This document shows, piece after piece, positions 54,081 through 64,000 of a stretch of 64,000 bases of DNA. The DNA is from a virus. Location of the stretch: IMG/VR virus record IMGVR_UViG_3300037189_015081, positions 52,682 through 116,681 of that record, one strand, 5' to 3'. The notes below the pieces were generated by a model. That model was not told the origin of the DNA and did not search any database. It saw nothing but the letters and a program-made list of their open reading frames with translations. Both the position numbers and the translations under genes were made by a program. The number at the start of each line of letters is the position of its first letter. Position 1 is the stretch's first letter.

Positions 54081-54593
54081 ATGGTCGACATCATCAATCT
54101 TGACGCGTATGACGTGGATCCAGACGTCTTCAGTGTATCAAATACACTGCAAGGCGTGCTGGACCGTGTCGTAGCGGTTTACACCTCGTACGGTGTGCCG
54201 CTTCCTACGCGTCAATACTGGACTATGGGGGCACCTGCCGTTGATTGCGAGCAGGTCGTCGTGTCCTTTATCCAGATGTACCTTGGTCCTCCCGGGGACG
54301 AGGCAACAAAGCCGCAGCGGTGTAACCAGCCGCGCACAATCGTGATGAACATTACGATTAGTCGCGCCATCCCGATCGTTGGCCAGTCTGGCCGTGCACC
54401 GTCCGCTGAGCGTATTCAAGACGGGTCAGTCATTTCCGCCGTTGACGCGTGGATTCTCATGGCGTCAATCAACCAACTTGACCAGTGGGAAGACGGCTCA
54501 TTTGGTCTAGGCGTTATCGCCACATTGAACACTCCGGATCCGCAGGGCGGTTTCCAAAACGTGAACATGCAGATCACGATGGCTGTCCCGTAA
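54081..54593 (+). CDS. tail terminator-like protein
   Basis: Position; PAVDC, PDPQGG. Confidence 0.55.
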   Translation: MVDIINLDAYDVDPDVFSVSNTLQGVLDRVVAVYTSYGVPLPTRQYWTMGAPAVDCEQVVVSFIQMYLGPPGDEATKPQRCNQPRTIVMNITISRAIPIVGQSGRAPSAERIQDGSVISAVDAWILMASINQLDQWEDGSFGLGVIATLNTPDPQGGFQNVNMQITMAVP

Positions 54594-54988
54594 TGCCAAA
54601 CTATTCTGTAGTTTTCCGGCAGCCAGTCTTCAATGACTTCCTTAACAGCCCTAAGGGAGAGGTTGGCGAGAAACTCGATAAATGGGCTAAACTCATGTTG
54701 TTCCAGGCAAAGCGCCAGGTAGGGGTGAGAACCGGCGCGCTAAGGGCGTCAATTCACATGACCCATGAGCGCATGATCAATGGTCAAGAGTTTCGTATTG
54801 GCTCTGATCTAAACTATGCTCTTGTCCATCACCAGGGCAGCAGGCCGCACCTGATTACCCCTGACCGGGCAGAGATGCTCAGGTTTACGTCGCGCGGGCG
54901 AGTAGTGTACAGTCACCAGGTTATGCACCCGGGGACAAAGGCGAATAGGTACCTTTCAGACCAGCTCGCCGTTGTCCGCGTGATGTAA
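54593..54988 (+). CDS. HK97 gp10-like neck protein
   Basis: VRTGALRASI, YALVHHQG, HPGTKANRYL; TAATG coupling. Confidence 0.7.
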   Translation: MPNYSVVFRQPVFNDFLNSPKGEVGEKLDKWAKLMLFQAKRQVGVRTGALRASIHMTHERMINGQEFRIGSDLNYALVHHQGSRPHLITPDRAEMLRFTSRGRVVYSHQVMHPGTKANRYLSDQLAVVRVM

Positions 54989-55042
54989 AATAAAAACGAT
55001 ACACACCGTATCAATGACAAAGAAGAAAGAGAAATAAACAAC

Positions 55043-55378
55043 ATGACTGCACGCTTCAAAGACTTTGGATCTGGTGCCGCTGGTAACCAGGAGCCGATCT
55101 CGTTCAAGCTCTACGATGAAACCTTTGACTGTGTAAAGCAGGTTCAGGGGCACGTTCTTCTTGAGCTTGTTGCTGACTCAAGCAGCACCGACCCCGCAAA
55201 GGCTTCCGCTGTTGTTACCAAGTTCTTTGAGTACGTTTTGACGGACGAAAGCTACGCCCGTTTTGACCTGCTCGTCAAGGACAAGGAGAAGATCGTTTCC
55301 GTTGAGACACTCGCTGACATCACGAGCTGGCTTGTTGAGGAGTACAGCGCCCGCCCGGAAACGCAGCCAGAGGTCTAG
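55043..55378 (+). CDS. tail assembly chaperone (G)
   Basis: Lies upstream of the tape measure gene; ends EEYSARP. Confidence 0.75.
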   Translation: MTARFKDFGSGAAGNQEPISFKLYDETFDCVKQVQGHVLLELVADSSSTDPAKASAVVTKFFEYVLTDESYARFDLLVKDKEKIVSVETLADITSWLVEEYSARPETQPEV

Positions 55379-55803
55379 CAAACTGGGCAATTGACCTCTG
55401 GCCATACATAAATGGTAAAGCCCTTGTTCACGGATTGAAGCTAATGGAAATGGAAGTGAGTGACATGCTAGACGTTATCCACTTCTTCTTCGAGGAAGAC
55501 CTTAACTTCACATCCGGTGAACAGGCGGAAGCCCAGTCCAAGATGCGCACGGAAATGTACCAAACAATGTACGGGGTGGAGTACAAGTACCCCATGGCGC
55601 AAAGCAACACCAAGCAGGGTTTTCAGACGAGCGCGACATCGAACTTCGACTTTGAACCTGAAGATGAGGCGACAATGGCCGCCCGTGAGATTAAACCATT
55701 TGACCCGTTGAAACCACCGACAAAGGCGTTCGTACCAGCGACCGACTTTGACGTGGACTCGGCTAAACCGTTTGGCACCGCGCTGGACGCGCCTCTAGGA
55801 TAA
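55354..55803 (+). CDS. tail assembly chaperone second ORF (probable -1 frameshift product)
   Basis: -1 frame open from 55339; 10-bp stem 55366-55402. Confidence 0.6.
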   Translation, partial: PGNAARGLANWAIDLWPYINGKALVHGLKLMEMEVSDMLDVIHFFFEEDLNFTSGEQAEAQSKMRTEMYQTMYGVEYKYPMAQSNTKQGFQTSATSNFDFEPEDEATMAAREIKPFDPLKPPTKAFVPATDFDVDSAKPFGTALDAPLG

Positions 55804-55816
55804 CAAGGAATACACG

Positions 55817-58800
55817 ATGGCTGTTGTCGGTGATGCATATATCATCGTTCGTGCCCTGACCGATAAGGTCGAGGGCGACATCCGTCGTGGATTCAGCGGG
55901 GTTGACAAGATCGGTGAAAAGGCCGGTAAGGACCTGGCGACAGTTTTCTCTGACGCGTTTAGCAACAATAAATCCAATGGCGATTTCTTCGGGAATCTTG
56001 CCAGCGGTCTTGAGGCTATTGCTCCAGAGGCGCTCAATACGCGCAAGGCGGTACAGGATCTGACAGCTAGCGGAAACGTCTTTGGTACTAGCGTTGCTAC
56101 TCTCATCGGCTCCGTATCGGCTCTTATCGGTGGTCTGGTTGCTCTTGGTGGTAACGCTATCGGAGCAGCGGCCTCGCTTGCCGCGGCTGGAAACGTCCTG
56201 GCAAGTTTTGGTCTTGGCATGGTCGCGGCAAAGATCGGTCTGGGGGGTGTCGGTCAAGCCTTTACCGCGCTAAACAAGATCGCCAATGGTGGAGGCGCGT
56301 CATACTCCGCCAGGCTCGCCGCGGTGAACCGCGTGCAGGACGCCGAAGCCAATCTTGCCAAGACTATCGAGCAGAACCGTAACAAGCTCGCTGACGCAAA
56401 TGAGGCTGTTCGCCGCGCACAGATCGCGCTAAACCAGGCGATCATCAAGGGTCGCGAAGAGATCCAGCAGCTCGGGTTTGACGCTGAAGGTGCGGCTCTT
56501 TCTGAGAAGAAAGCCGCACTCGAGTTAGACAAGGCACGCGCCAATCTCGCCGCGGTTCAGGATCTTCCGCCAAACTCGCGAGTGCGCAAGGAGGCCGAGC
56601 TCGCGTACCAGGAGGCTGAGCTCAACCTGCGCAAGGCTAAGGACAAATCGGCGGATCTAAACAAGGAGCAGAACCGTCTTGCAAAGACTGGCGTTGCTGG
56701 AACCGCTGGCGTTATCGAGGCAACACAGCGATTGTCCGACGCGGAAAAGGCGCGCGCGCGTGATGGTGTAGAGGCGCTGCGTTCACAGGCGGCTGCTGAA
56801 CTTGAGCTTGCCCGTGCGAAAGCCGCCAATGACAGGGTAGGTAGTGGAAGCGGTGGTGCAAATCCATTAGCGGGTCTCACCGCCGCGCAGGTGACATTTG
56901 TACGGTTCCTGCAATCGATCAATCCTAAGCTTAAAGAAATCCGCCAGAACATCTCTGAGGCGTTCCTGGTACCGCTGCAGCAAGCCATTACTCTTCTAGT
57001 TAATCGCGCGTTCCCGACAATTAATGCCGGGATGACAAAGATCGCTGGCGCCATGGGCGGTGTCGCCGTGGAGATCGCCAAGTCGGTGACAAGCAGCCAG
57101 AATCTTTTAGCTCTTGGTAAGTTTTTCACGTCATCCTCAAAGCTTCTTCGCACATTTGGTGGAGCTCTCGGAAACATCTACGGTATCGCACTGACATTGC
57201 TAAACGCTCTTGCCCCGACGGCGCAGCGTTTCGCGGACTGGCTTAAAACAACGACGGGTCGCTGGGATACCTGGATGAAGAGCGCCCAGGGTAGTGCGGC
57301 GGTTACAGACTTCTTCACCAAGTCATCGGACGCTGCCGCGAAGTTTGGCAAGGTCTTTGGAAATATCTTTAAGGGTATTGGCGCTATTATCTCCGCCAAC
57401 CTTGGACCAGGCACTGGCGGAGACTATCTATTAAACTGGCTCGTTACCGCAACTGACGGTTTCGGTAAACTAGGCGATTCTGCGAATGGTAAAGGAAACC
57501 TTAAACAGTACTTTAATGATGTCGCGGTAAACTCACAGAAGATCTTCTCGTCGGTCGGTGCTCTTATTGGTCAACTCGTGAAGCTTGGCGCTGATCCGAC
57601 AATCGGTAAAACATTTGACATTCTAAAGCAAGGTGCACCGGCTCTTGGCGAGTTACTTAGTAAGGCGCAAAAGGCCGGACCGTCACTGGCCGGTCTGGTC
57701 ACGTCGCTTATCGGTATCGCAAACAAGATGGCCGATACCGGTGCGATAAAGATATTCTTTGACACGCTTAAGATCGCGGCTGATACCGTAAGAGCGTTCT
57801 TAGACAACCCAGTTGTTAACGCTATTCTTACGGTAACAGGGCGACTCTTCGGCATTGGTGTAGCCTTGAACATGCTTATCAAGGTAAGCAAGTTTGCCTT
57901 TAACTTTCTTATCGGTGACCTGATCGCGTATCTCAAAAAGATCTCGTTTGTTGTTAGTGGTATTGGCGACATGGCCAAGGCGTTTGGCGAGCTTCAAAAG
58001 GCCGGGTCTGGTGTTGAGGGAATGCTCATTAAACTTGCTGACTCAAACAATAAGTTTGTTTCAACACTTGGCAACGCCGGCATCAAGGCATATGACACAT
58101 GGGGAAAGATTGGTCCGTCTGTTGGAAAGATGGGCACGGCTATCGGCGGCACATTTGCTGGTATCGGTAGAAGCCTTGGAACGTTCTTCACCGGCCCTGT
58201 CGGTATTGCTCTCGGGGTAATTGCTCTTCTTGTCGGAGCATTCATTCTCCTTTACAAAACATCCGACACGTTCCGCGCGCAAATGGACGCAGTGTTCGCC
58301 CAGCTCATGGCTGTGTTCGCCCAGGCGGGTCAACAGATCATGGCCGCGATCCAGCCGCTCATCCCTGTCCTCATGGGCGCGTTCACGCAGATCATGAACG
58401 CGGTTGCTCCTCTAATTCCAATACTACTAAACTCACTTGTTCCAGCATTCCAGAGTATTGTCACCGCGCTCATTCCTGTCGTGACAATGCTTCTGTCCTC
58501 ACTTGTCCCGGTAATCGGACAGGTTGCCTCGGCGATTATTCCGCTTATTGGTACGATCATCACAGCTCTCGTTCCGGCCATTGTCGCGATTGTTAACGCG
58601 GTTGTCCCGGTTGTCGTGACACTTATCAACATACTGGTGCCAGTGTTTACGACGATCATCAACGCGATGATGCCATTGATCACGATGATCATTAACATGC
58701 TTGTCCCGGTTATCACGCAGATCGCGACAGCGTTTACGCCTGTGATCACGATGATTGTTCAACAGGTCGTTCCAGTCTTCACGCAGATCATGAACACGCT

Positions 58801-59524
58801 CATGCCATTGATCACGATGATCATTAACATGCTGGTGCCTGTTATTTCACAGATTATCACCGCGTTTATGCCAGTGATCACAATGATCCTGCAGTTGCTC
58901 ATGCCAGTTTTGACGGTTCTGATCAACATTTTCTCTGGTATCATTACTGTCGTGATGAACGTTGTCATGGCGCTCATTAAGTTCCTTATGCCAATCATCA
59001 CGACCGTTATCGGAGCATTCGCCGGGTTCATTAAGTTCCTCCCGCAGATCGGCACCGTGTTCGCGGGGGTATGGAACGGTATCGTAAGTTTCTTCAAGGG
59101 TATCGCCAACTGGTTGATCGGCCTAGTTGAGGGAATGGTCAATGGCATGATTGACGCGATCAACAGGTTCACTAAACCATTCAAGGACGCTATTCAAGCT
59201 GTTGTAAAGTTCTTTGGTGGCAACATTCAGATCGGTATCATCCCTCACGTGTCGCTCCCCCGTCTCGCTAAGGGTGGCGTTGTTGCGCCGTCGCCCGGCG
59301 GTTCACTCGTGAACGTCGCCGAGGCTGGTCGCCCTGAGCGTATCGAGCCGCTCGACGCAAACGGTATGTCAAAGCGCGACAAGGCGATGCTTGACGCCAT
59401 GCGAAACAGCGGCGCCAGTGGTATTCAGATCAATGTTCACCCTGCTCCAGGAATGAACGAACAGGAGCTTGCCGCGAAGGTCGGTCGCGAACTCGCGCTC
59501 CAGATGCGTAAGGGTGCAATCTAA
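55817..59524 (+). CDS. tape measure protein
   Basis: MAVVGDAYIIVRA; long helical protein; 11-residue-period I/L/P repeats; LPRLAKGGVV...AEAGRPE. Confidence 0.9.
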   Translation: MAVVGDAYIIVRALTDKVEGDIRRGFSGVDKIGEKAGKDLATVFSDAFSNNKSNGDFFGNLASGLEAIAPEALNTRKAVQDLTASGNVFGTSVATLIGSVSALIGGLVALGGNAIGAAASLAAAGNVLASFGLGMVAAKIGLGGVGQAFTALNKIANGGGASYSARLAAVNRVQDAEANLAKTIEQNRNKLADANEAVRRAQIALNQAIIKGREEIQQLGFDAEGAALSEKKAALELDKARANLAAVQDLPPNSRVRKEAELAYQEAELNLRKAKDKSADLNKEQNRLAKTGVAGTAGVIEATQRLSDAEKARARDGVEALRSQAAAELELARAKAANDRVGSGSGGANPLAGLTAAQVTFVRFLQSINPKLKEIRQNISEAFLVPLQQAITLLVNRAFPTINAGMTKIAGAMGGVAVEIAKSVTSSQNLLALGKFFTSSSKLLRTFGGALGNIYGIALTLLNALAPTAQRFADWLKTTTGRWDTWMKSAQGSAAVTDFFTKSSDAAAKFGKVFGNIFKGIGAIISANLGPGTGGDYLLNWLVTATDGFGKLGDSANGKGNLKQYFNDVAVNSQKIFSSVGALIGQLVKLGADPTIGKTFDILKQGAPALGELLSKAQKAGPSLAGLVTSLIGIANKMADTGAIKIFFDTLKIAADTVRAFLDNPVVNAILTVTGRLFGIGVALNMLIKVSKFAFNFLIGDLIAYLKKISFVVSGIGDMAKAFGELQKAGSGVEGMLIKLADSNNKFVSTLGNAGIKAYDTWGKIGPSVGKMGTAIGGTFAGIGRSLGTFFTGPVGIALGVIALLVGAFILLYKTSDTFRAQMDAVFAQLMAVFAQAGQQIMAAIQPLIPVLMGAFTQIMNAVAPLIPILLNSLVPAFQSIVTALIPVVTMLLSSLVPVIGQVASAIIPLIGTIITALVPAIVAIVNAVVPVVVTLINILVPVFTTIINAMMPLITMIINMLVPVITQIATAFTPVITMIVQQVVPVFTQIMNTLMPLITMIINMLVPVISQIITAFMPVITMILQLLMPVLTVLINIFSGIITVVMNVVMALIKFLMPIITTVIGAFAGFIKFLPQIGTVFAGVWNGIVSFFKGIANWLIGLVEGMVNGMIDAINRFTKPFKDAIQAVVKFFGGNIQIGIIPHVSLPRLAKGGVVAPSPGGSLVNVAEAGRPERIEPLDANGMSKRDKAMLDAMRNSGASGIQINVHPAPGMNEQELAAKVGRELALQMRKGAI

Positions 59525-62500
59525 TGGCTAGACGTAATCTAATTTCCAACCCGAGTTTCACGACTGGAATCTCCGGTTGGGGCGGTCGCCAGGGCGCGAC
59601 GCTGCTGCCGTTCAGTGAAGACGGCAGAGCATGCGTCAAGGTTGTAAAGACTATTCTGCTCAACTCCGGTGCGATAACCGCTGACTACATCGCGGTAACA
59701 GGCGGAGCCTCACACTCAATCTCCGGGTACTTCTATATCCCTGTCGGTCAACCTACCAGTAGTCTTACCATATCCGTTATCTGGTACAACTTTACCGCAC
59801 CGGACGTTTACGAGGAGGTCGGCGTACTCGCGGCCACCCCGGTTACCGTGTCCACCGGTGACGGATGGGTGCGCATTACGCAGATTGGAACCGCGCCTGC
59901 CACTGCGACGCACGCCAAGGTTAGCGCGTACCAGCCGGCGACTGGAACGGCTGACTCCTTCTTCCTTCTTGACTCTGTTCTCTTCGAACAGTCAGACTAT
60001 GTCGGTTCATTTATCGACGTTATCAATCAGGCGCAGGAGACAGAAATTGTCAACCGCGCACTGAGCAAGTACCATGACCTGAACTACATCACCGGGTTGC
60101 AGCTTAACGCTGATGTTCAACTTGGTGATCTAGTTTTTAACACGATTGACGAGAACGATATTGTCTGGATGTGTACCGATATTGAGGGATGGTGGACAGT
60201 CGCTGAACCGTCACTACCAGACATTCCTCGTGGTTTCCAGGATGGCTCCTACGACGTCTCAGGACGCTACCAGGCGCGTGTTTTAACGCTTACTGGCGTA
60301 TTTATTACCCAGCACCCGAGCGACGTCGGTATCGCCCGTGAGAAGCTTCTAACCGCCGTTGACTTGGTACGTAAGGGCGCCTGGTTGCGCACCAGTGAGA
60401 ACCCGACGCGCGCCTCCTTTGTGCGCCTTAGCGGTAAACCAACGATCACAACGGTTAACGCCCGCGGGCGCACCGAGTTCTCGATTGGCCTAAAAGCGGC
60501 TGATCCTATTAAATACAAATGGGATGACACAAAGGTAGACGGTGTCACTGTTTCATCATTTGATCTCGCGGAACAGGCTCCAAATGAGTACCAAACCACG
60601 GACGTAACAAATGAGGGAACCGCTACTGTAACCGCTAAACTGGTTTTCACTGGCCCACTCGGTGCCGGGTCAACCCTTGACGTGTATCACGACGTTGATG
60701 GTTCAACCGAGAAAATGACGATCATCGATGAACTACGTGGGGCTGGAGCTGTTGCCACTATTACCTATGTGGAAATGACTGAGGGGGTCGTGACAGTTAC
60801 GACCCTTGAACAACACGGGTTGTCGATCGGTGAAACCGTTTCGGTTTCTGGAACATCAACAATTGTTGACACGACCGCTGCCTTGATAACCGCGGTAACC
60901 GATACTCTGCCTTATAGTTTCAACTATGTTTTGAACACTACAGCCTCTATTGCAAAGACAGCCTCGTCCGGTGTCGTGTCACTTAACGCGCCAGATGAGA
61001 TGATCGTTGACACGTATCACCGCAATGTGAGCGTCAACGGTAGCACGGCTGGTTATCGCTCAAAACTTGAAACACTCACTGATTGGCCTACTCTCACCCC
61101 GGGTGTTAGCACGGTAACATTTACCGATAGTATTGACCCGTCTCTTGTCTCGCTTAAAGAGTACAACCCGATAAACAACATTGTCACATTGACAACTAAC
61201 TCTTCCCACTTTTTAACGCCAGGGCAGAATATAACGGTTAATTTTCCAACAACGGCTCAGATCGCATATAAGTCCATGGCGTCATCCGTTGCGACAATAA
61301 CAACGAAGTCCGCGCACGGGTACTCTGACGGGGATATTGTCACGGTTGCCACTACGCTTGACAAAACAATCACAAATAAGCAGATGACGTCAGGCGTGGC
61401 CACGCTCAAGGTCAGTCTCGCGTCCGGTGAAACTCTGCCATTCTCGTCTGGTGACTCGGTACTTGTCGCACTTAACACCTCTGCTTCTATTATCTCCAAG
61501 AGCCGAGTCGGCACAACGGTAACCCTTACAACGGCTGGTGCACACGGTTTCTCAAACGGCGACCTCGTGACCGTGCCATTTTCCGTGTCAAACTATGTTG
61601 GCACAAAGGCGTATGACAAAAACGTTGCAACAATTACAACGCAAACGCCGCACAACTACTCGGTTACCGACCAGGTCACGGTAGCGCTACCAGTGACAAC
61701 AACGGTTACCACAAAAACTATTACTGGAACGCAGGTTGTTCTCACAACGAGTAGCACCCACAACTATTCACTCGGGGATAAAATATCCGTGTCACTTCCT
61801 GTCACGGCAACACCAACGAGCACTAAAACGTTCTATGGTTCATCAAGGTTTACGGTTACCGCGCGTAGCGCGGACACGGCAACATGCACCTTGACAACGT
61901 CCGCGGCACATAACATTAGTGTCGGTAACACGATCACCGTGTTTGGTGTAGGTGCCCGCTATGACGGCGTGTCGCTTGTCGCCAAGACCGGCACAACAGG
62001 GACAACGGTCGTGTATGACCGGGATGGTTCCGCTGAGTCATCAATCTCTTCAATTGGTGCCGTAACCAATACGTCGCTAAGCCACAAGGTGCTCGTTGAG
62101 ACAACATCAGCCCACGGGTATGTGGTTGGTGATCAGGTGACAATTAACCCTGGTATACCGTCAACAGTGAGTATCGCGACGCGCTCAGCAACGTCATCCG
62201 CCTGTACTTTAACCGTGGCGAACCATGGTTTCGTGGCGGGTGAACATATCACTGTTACCGGTGTTTCAGCGCGCTATAACATTGCTGACGCGGTTATTAC
62301 CAGTGTGACAACGAACACGTTTACGTATAGTAATTCTGGTACCGCGGAAAGCTCGACGTCATCTACTGGTACAGTTGTTAACAATACTCTAGCCAATGGT
62401 TACGGTGGAACCAAGATTGTCGAGGCTGTTCCAAGCTCAACGACGTTTACGTGTTACTACTATGGTCAGGAAAACGCTGTAGTGAACAGTAATGCCGGGT

Positions 62501-62601
62501 CGTCCCCGAGTATCACGAATGACACGAACACGTCGCTAAATGGAACGGTAACATTGACCGCCGTGTCAACTAACACCATGACGTATACAAAGGGAGCATA
62601 G
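59524..62601 (+). CDS. distal tail (Dit-like) protein with N-terminal CBM-like domain and many beta repeats
   Basis: NLISNPSF, IEGWW, ARVLTLTG, LKAADPIKY, TNEGT; repeated TT..HG...GD.V.V. Confidence 0.75.
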   Translation: MARRNLISNPSFTTGISGWGGRQGATLLPFSEDGRACVKVVKTILLNSGAITADYIAVTGGASHSISGYFYIPVGQPTSSLTISVIWYNFTAPDVYEEVGVLAATPVTVSTGDGWVRITQIGTAPATATHAKVSAYQPATGTADSFFLLDSVLFEQSDYVGSFIDVINQAQETEIVNRALSKYHDLNYITGLQLNADVQLGDLVFNTIDENDIVWMCTDIEGWWTVAEPSLPDIPRGFQDGSYDVSGRYQARVLTLTGVFITQHPSDVGIAREKLLTAVDLVRKGAWLRTSENPTRASFVRLSGKPTITTVNARGRTEFSIGLKAADPIKYKWDDTKVDGVTVSSFDLAEQAPNEYQTTDVTNEGTATVTAKLVFTGPLGAGSTLDVYHDVDGSTEKMTIIDELRGAGAVATITYVEMTEGVVTVTTLEQHGLSIGETVSVSGTSTIVDTTAALITAVTDTLPYSFNYVLNTTASIAKTASSGVVSLNAPDEMIVDTYHRNVSVNGSTAGYRSKLETLTDWPTLTPGVSTVTFTDSIDPSLVSLKEYNPINNIVTLTTNSSHFLTPGQNITVNFPTTAQIAYKSMASSVATITTKSAHGYSDGDIVTVATTLDKTITNKQMTSGVATLKVSLASGETLPFSSGDSVLVALNTSASIISKSRVGTTVTLTTAGAHGFSNGDLVTVPFSVSNYVGTKAYDKNVATITTQTPHNYSVTDQVTVALPVTTTVTTKTITGTQVVLTTSSTHNYSLGDKISVSLPVTATPTSTKTFYGSSRFTVTARSADTATCTLTTSAAHNISVGNTITVFGVGARYDGVSLVAKTGTTGTTVVYDRDGSAESSISSIGAVTNTSLSHKVLVETTSAHGYVVGDQVTINPGIPSTVSIATRSATSSACTLTVANHGFVAGEHITVTGVSARYNIADAVITSVTTNTFTYSNSGTAESSTSSTGTVVNNTLANGYGGTKIVEAVPSSTTFTCYYYGQENAVVNSNAGSSPSITNDTNTSLNGTVTLTAVSTNTMTYTKGA

Positions 62602-62607
62602 CATAGC

Positions 62608-64000
62608 ATGGCTGGTACAGTAAACGTTGGTTCGGGTGGAACAAGCAATAATGGTGCTTCCTGGACTGGTGCATCCTGGATTCGTACAGGGTACTCTATG
62701 CCAACAGGTAACCTTGCCTGGGATGGTAGTCGCCCGGTAAGGATCAACTCCGCGAGCCTGTCCGGAACAAAAAGCAATGTTAAAAGTGTTTCCTTTAACG
62801 GCTATCTGTACGCGTACAAGGGTAGCGGTAGCATGTACTTCAGCCGTTACACCGGTGACGGCAGATCCGTAACGGACTCCACTGGATACACGTGGAGTAA
62901 CGGTGGTATACACGGTTCATATAACTGGTCGACGTGCCCGGCCCAGATGTCACCACCATCAGTGTCGGCAAGCAGTACCGTTAGTGGCCGCATTGATTTC
63001 TCATGGTCCGCGCCGGACAGTGGTAATGACGGTATTTTTTATTACTACATTTTTCAAGACGGAAACCCCGTTGTAGGTACCAGTAATACGTCAGGGTACG
63101 TTGACGGTCTAACCGTTGGTTCAAGCTATCAGTTTGCGGTCTCAGCGATCAACGGTGTCGCTGTTGCAACCCCGTCTGGCTACTCAAACTGGGTTACCGT
63201 TCGAGGCGTGTCCTCCGAGCCACGGAACCTGCGTGGTTCAACGGCGACAACCGGCTGGTCTCTCGGGCGCGTTGACCTTTATTGGGACGCACCCGCGATA
63301 AGCGGTGACGGCGGCTCTTTCATGTACGTCATTAAGACTCTCGTAGACGGCAACTGGTATGACTGGGCGACGACGTCTAATACGTCACTTCAGGTAGCGA
63401 ACCTTACACCAGGGCGGTCGTACACGTTTGCGATATCGGCGATTAACTCATTTGGTCAAAGCGGCTGGTCAAATCAAATTGACGTGACAGCGTCATATGC
63501 GCCATCAGCGGTACAATCGCCGACAGCCGCCCAGACCGGCGGGGTTGGTGAGGTGTACCTTACCTGGGCGCCACCAGCGGACACCGCGGGTGGTATCGCC
63601 AATTACTACATCTATCAGTCAACGAGTCCTGACACGGTTTACGCCACGGTTTCCGGGTCAACAACAACGTTCACGGCGACAGGTCTAACACCTGGTGGCT
63701 ATTTTGGTTTCTTCATTCGCGCCGCGAACGACGCCGGCAACAGCGCGAACTCGTACGGTCCAGCATCGTCAACGGTTTACGCGACCGCACTCGGTCTGCC
63801 ACTGGCACCAACAAACCTAACCGCGTACAATGATTCGCATGTTGCCGGGGCTTTGACCCTGTCATGGGCACCGGCCGCTGGTTCACTTAAAACAAACATC
63901 TACTACAACACGAACCCTCCGACATACATCACGTCAGTTGACGCGACAAGTTACCGTATCTACGGGTTGACACCTGGCCAGGAATACTCATTCATTGTTA
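62608..64000 (+). CDS. minor tail protein with at least 4 fibronectin type III repeats (3'-truncated)
   Basis: Hand translation from ATG 62608: FSWSAP..GLTVGSSYQFAVSAIN, LYWDAP..LTPGRSYTFAISAIN, LTWAPP..GLTPGG, LSWAP..GLTPGQEY. Confidence 0.8.
   Translation, partial: MAGTVNVGSGGTSNNGASWTGASWIRTGYSMPTGNLAWDGSRPVRINSASLSGTKSNVKSVSFNGYLYAYKGSGSMYFSRYTGDGRSVTDSTGYTWSNGGIHGSYNWSTCPAQMSPPSVSASSTVSGRIDFSWSAPDSGNDGIFYYYIFQDGNPVVGTSNTSGYVDGLTVGSSYQFAVSAINGVAVATPSGYSNWVTVRGVSSEPRNLRGSTATTGWSLGRVDLYWDAPAISGDGGSFMYVIKTLVDGNWYDWATTSNTSLQVANLTPGRSYTFAISAINSFGQSGWSNQIDVTASYAPSAVQSPTAAQTGGVGEVYLTWAPPADTAGGIANYYIYQSTSPDTVYATVSGSTTTFTATGLTPGGYFGFFIRAANDAGNSANSYGPASSTVYATALGLPLAPTNLTAYNDSHVAGALTLSWAPAAGSLKTNIYYNTNPPTYITSVDATSYRIYGLTPGQEYSFIV

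Noticed and set aside
58330-59060. Nucleotide repeats in the tape measure gene (for example 58670 and 58802) as a DGR or special repeat
   Set aside because: These are ordinary helical tape-measure repeats; there is no reverse transcriptase or adenine-specific variation.

Overview
This window is a 64-kb segment of a large tailed (siphovirus-type) actinobacteriophage, probably infecting Microbacteriaceae. The host guess rests on the lysin cell-wall-binding repeats, host-like DUF3039 and DUF1360 genes, and many leaderless genes. Layout: (1) 1-6.5 kb holds the 3' end of an endolysin with a holin-like tail and small, mostly leftward genes. (2) About 6.5-7.0 kb is a divergent, repeat-rich, origin-like gap. 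(3) 7-11.5 kb holds a glycosyltransferase, a probable small terminase and a catalytically degenerate CHAP lysin. (4) About 10.9-26 kb is an array of single-gene or few-gene cassettes, each headed by the same CCTGATATAAT extended -10 promoter (22 exact copies by eye) and an (A)CGACGAAAGGA/GACGGAAGGA RBS. It includes a MoxR-type AAA+/VWA pair whose 3' hairpins display loops antisense to their own RBSs. tRNA-Pro and a PNK-like kinase follow. (5) About 28.2-29 kb is a non-coding, skew-switching region. (6) 29-64 kb is the virion module: terminase, portal, a 2279-aa protein with two ADP-ribosyltransferase-like domains and an atypical kinase domain, a 1740-aa prohead-protease polyprotein containing a complete Dps ferritin and extended by a -1 frameshift, two capsid proteins, tail tube, chaperones, tape measure and tail-tip proteins. 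The most promising undescribed systems are a protease-processed virion cargo system (shared [VIL]-x-A-[ASD]-[GA] junction motifs plus Q-x-RD-x-x-G-x-F motifs) and the promoter-cassette array with anti-RBS hairpins. All family calls come from motif recognition by eye; no searches were run.
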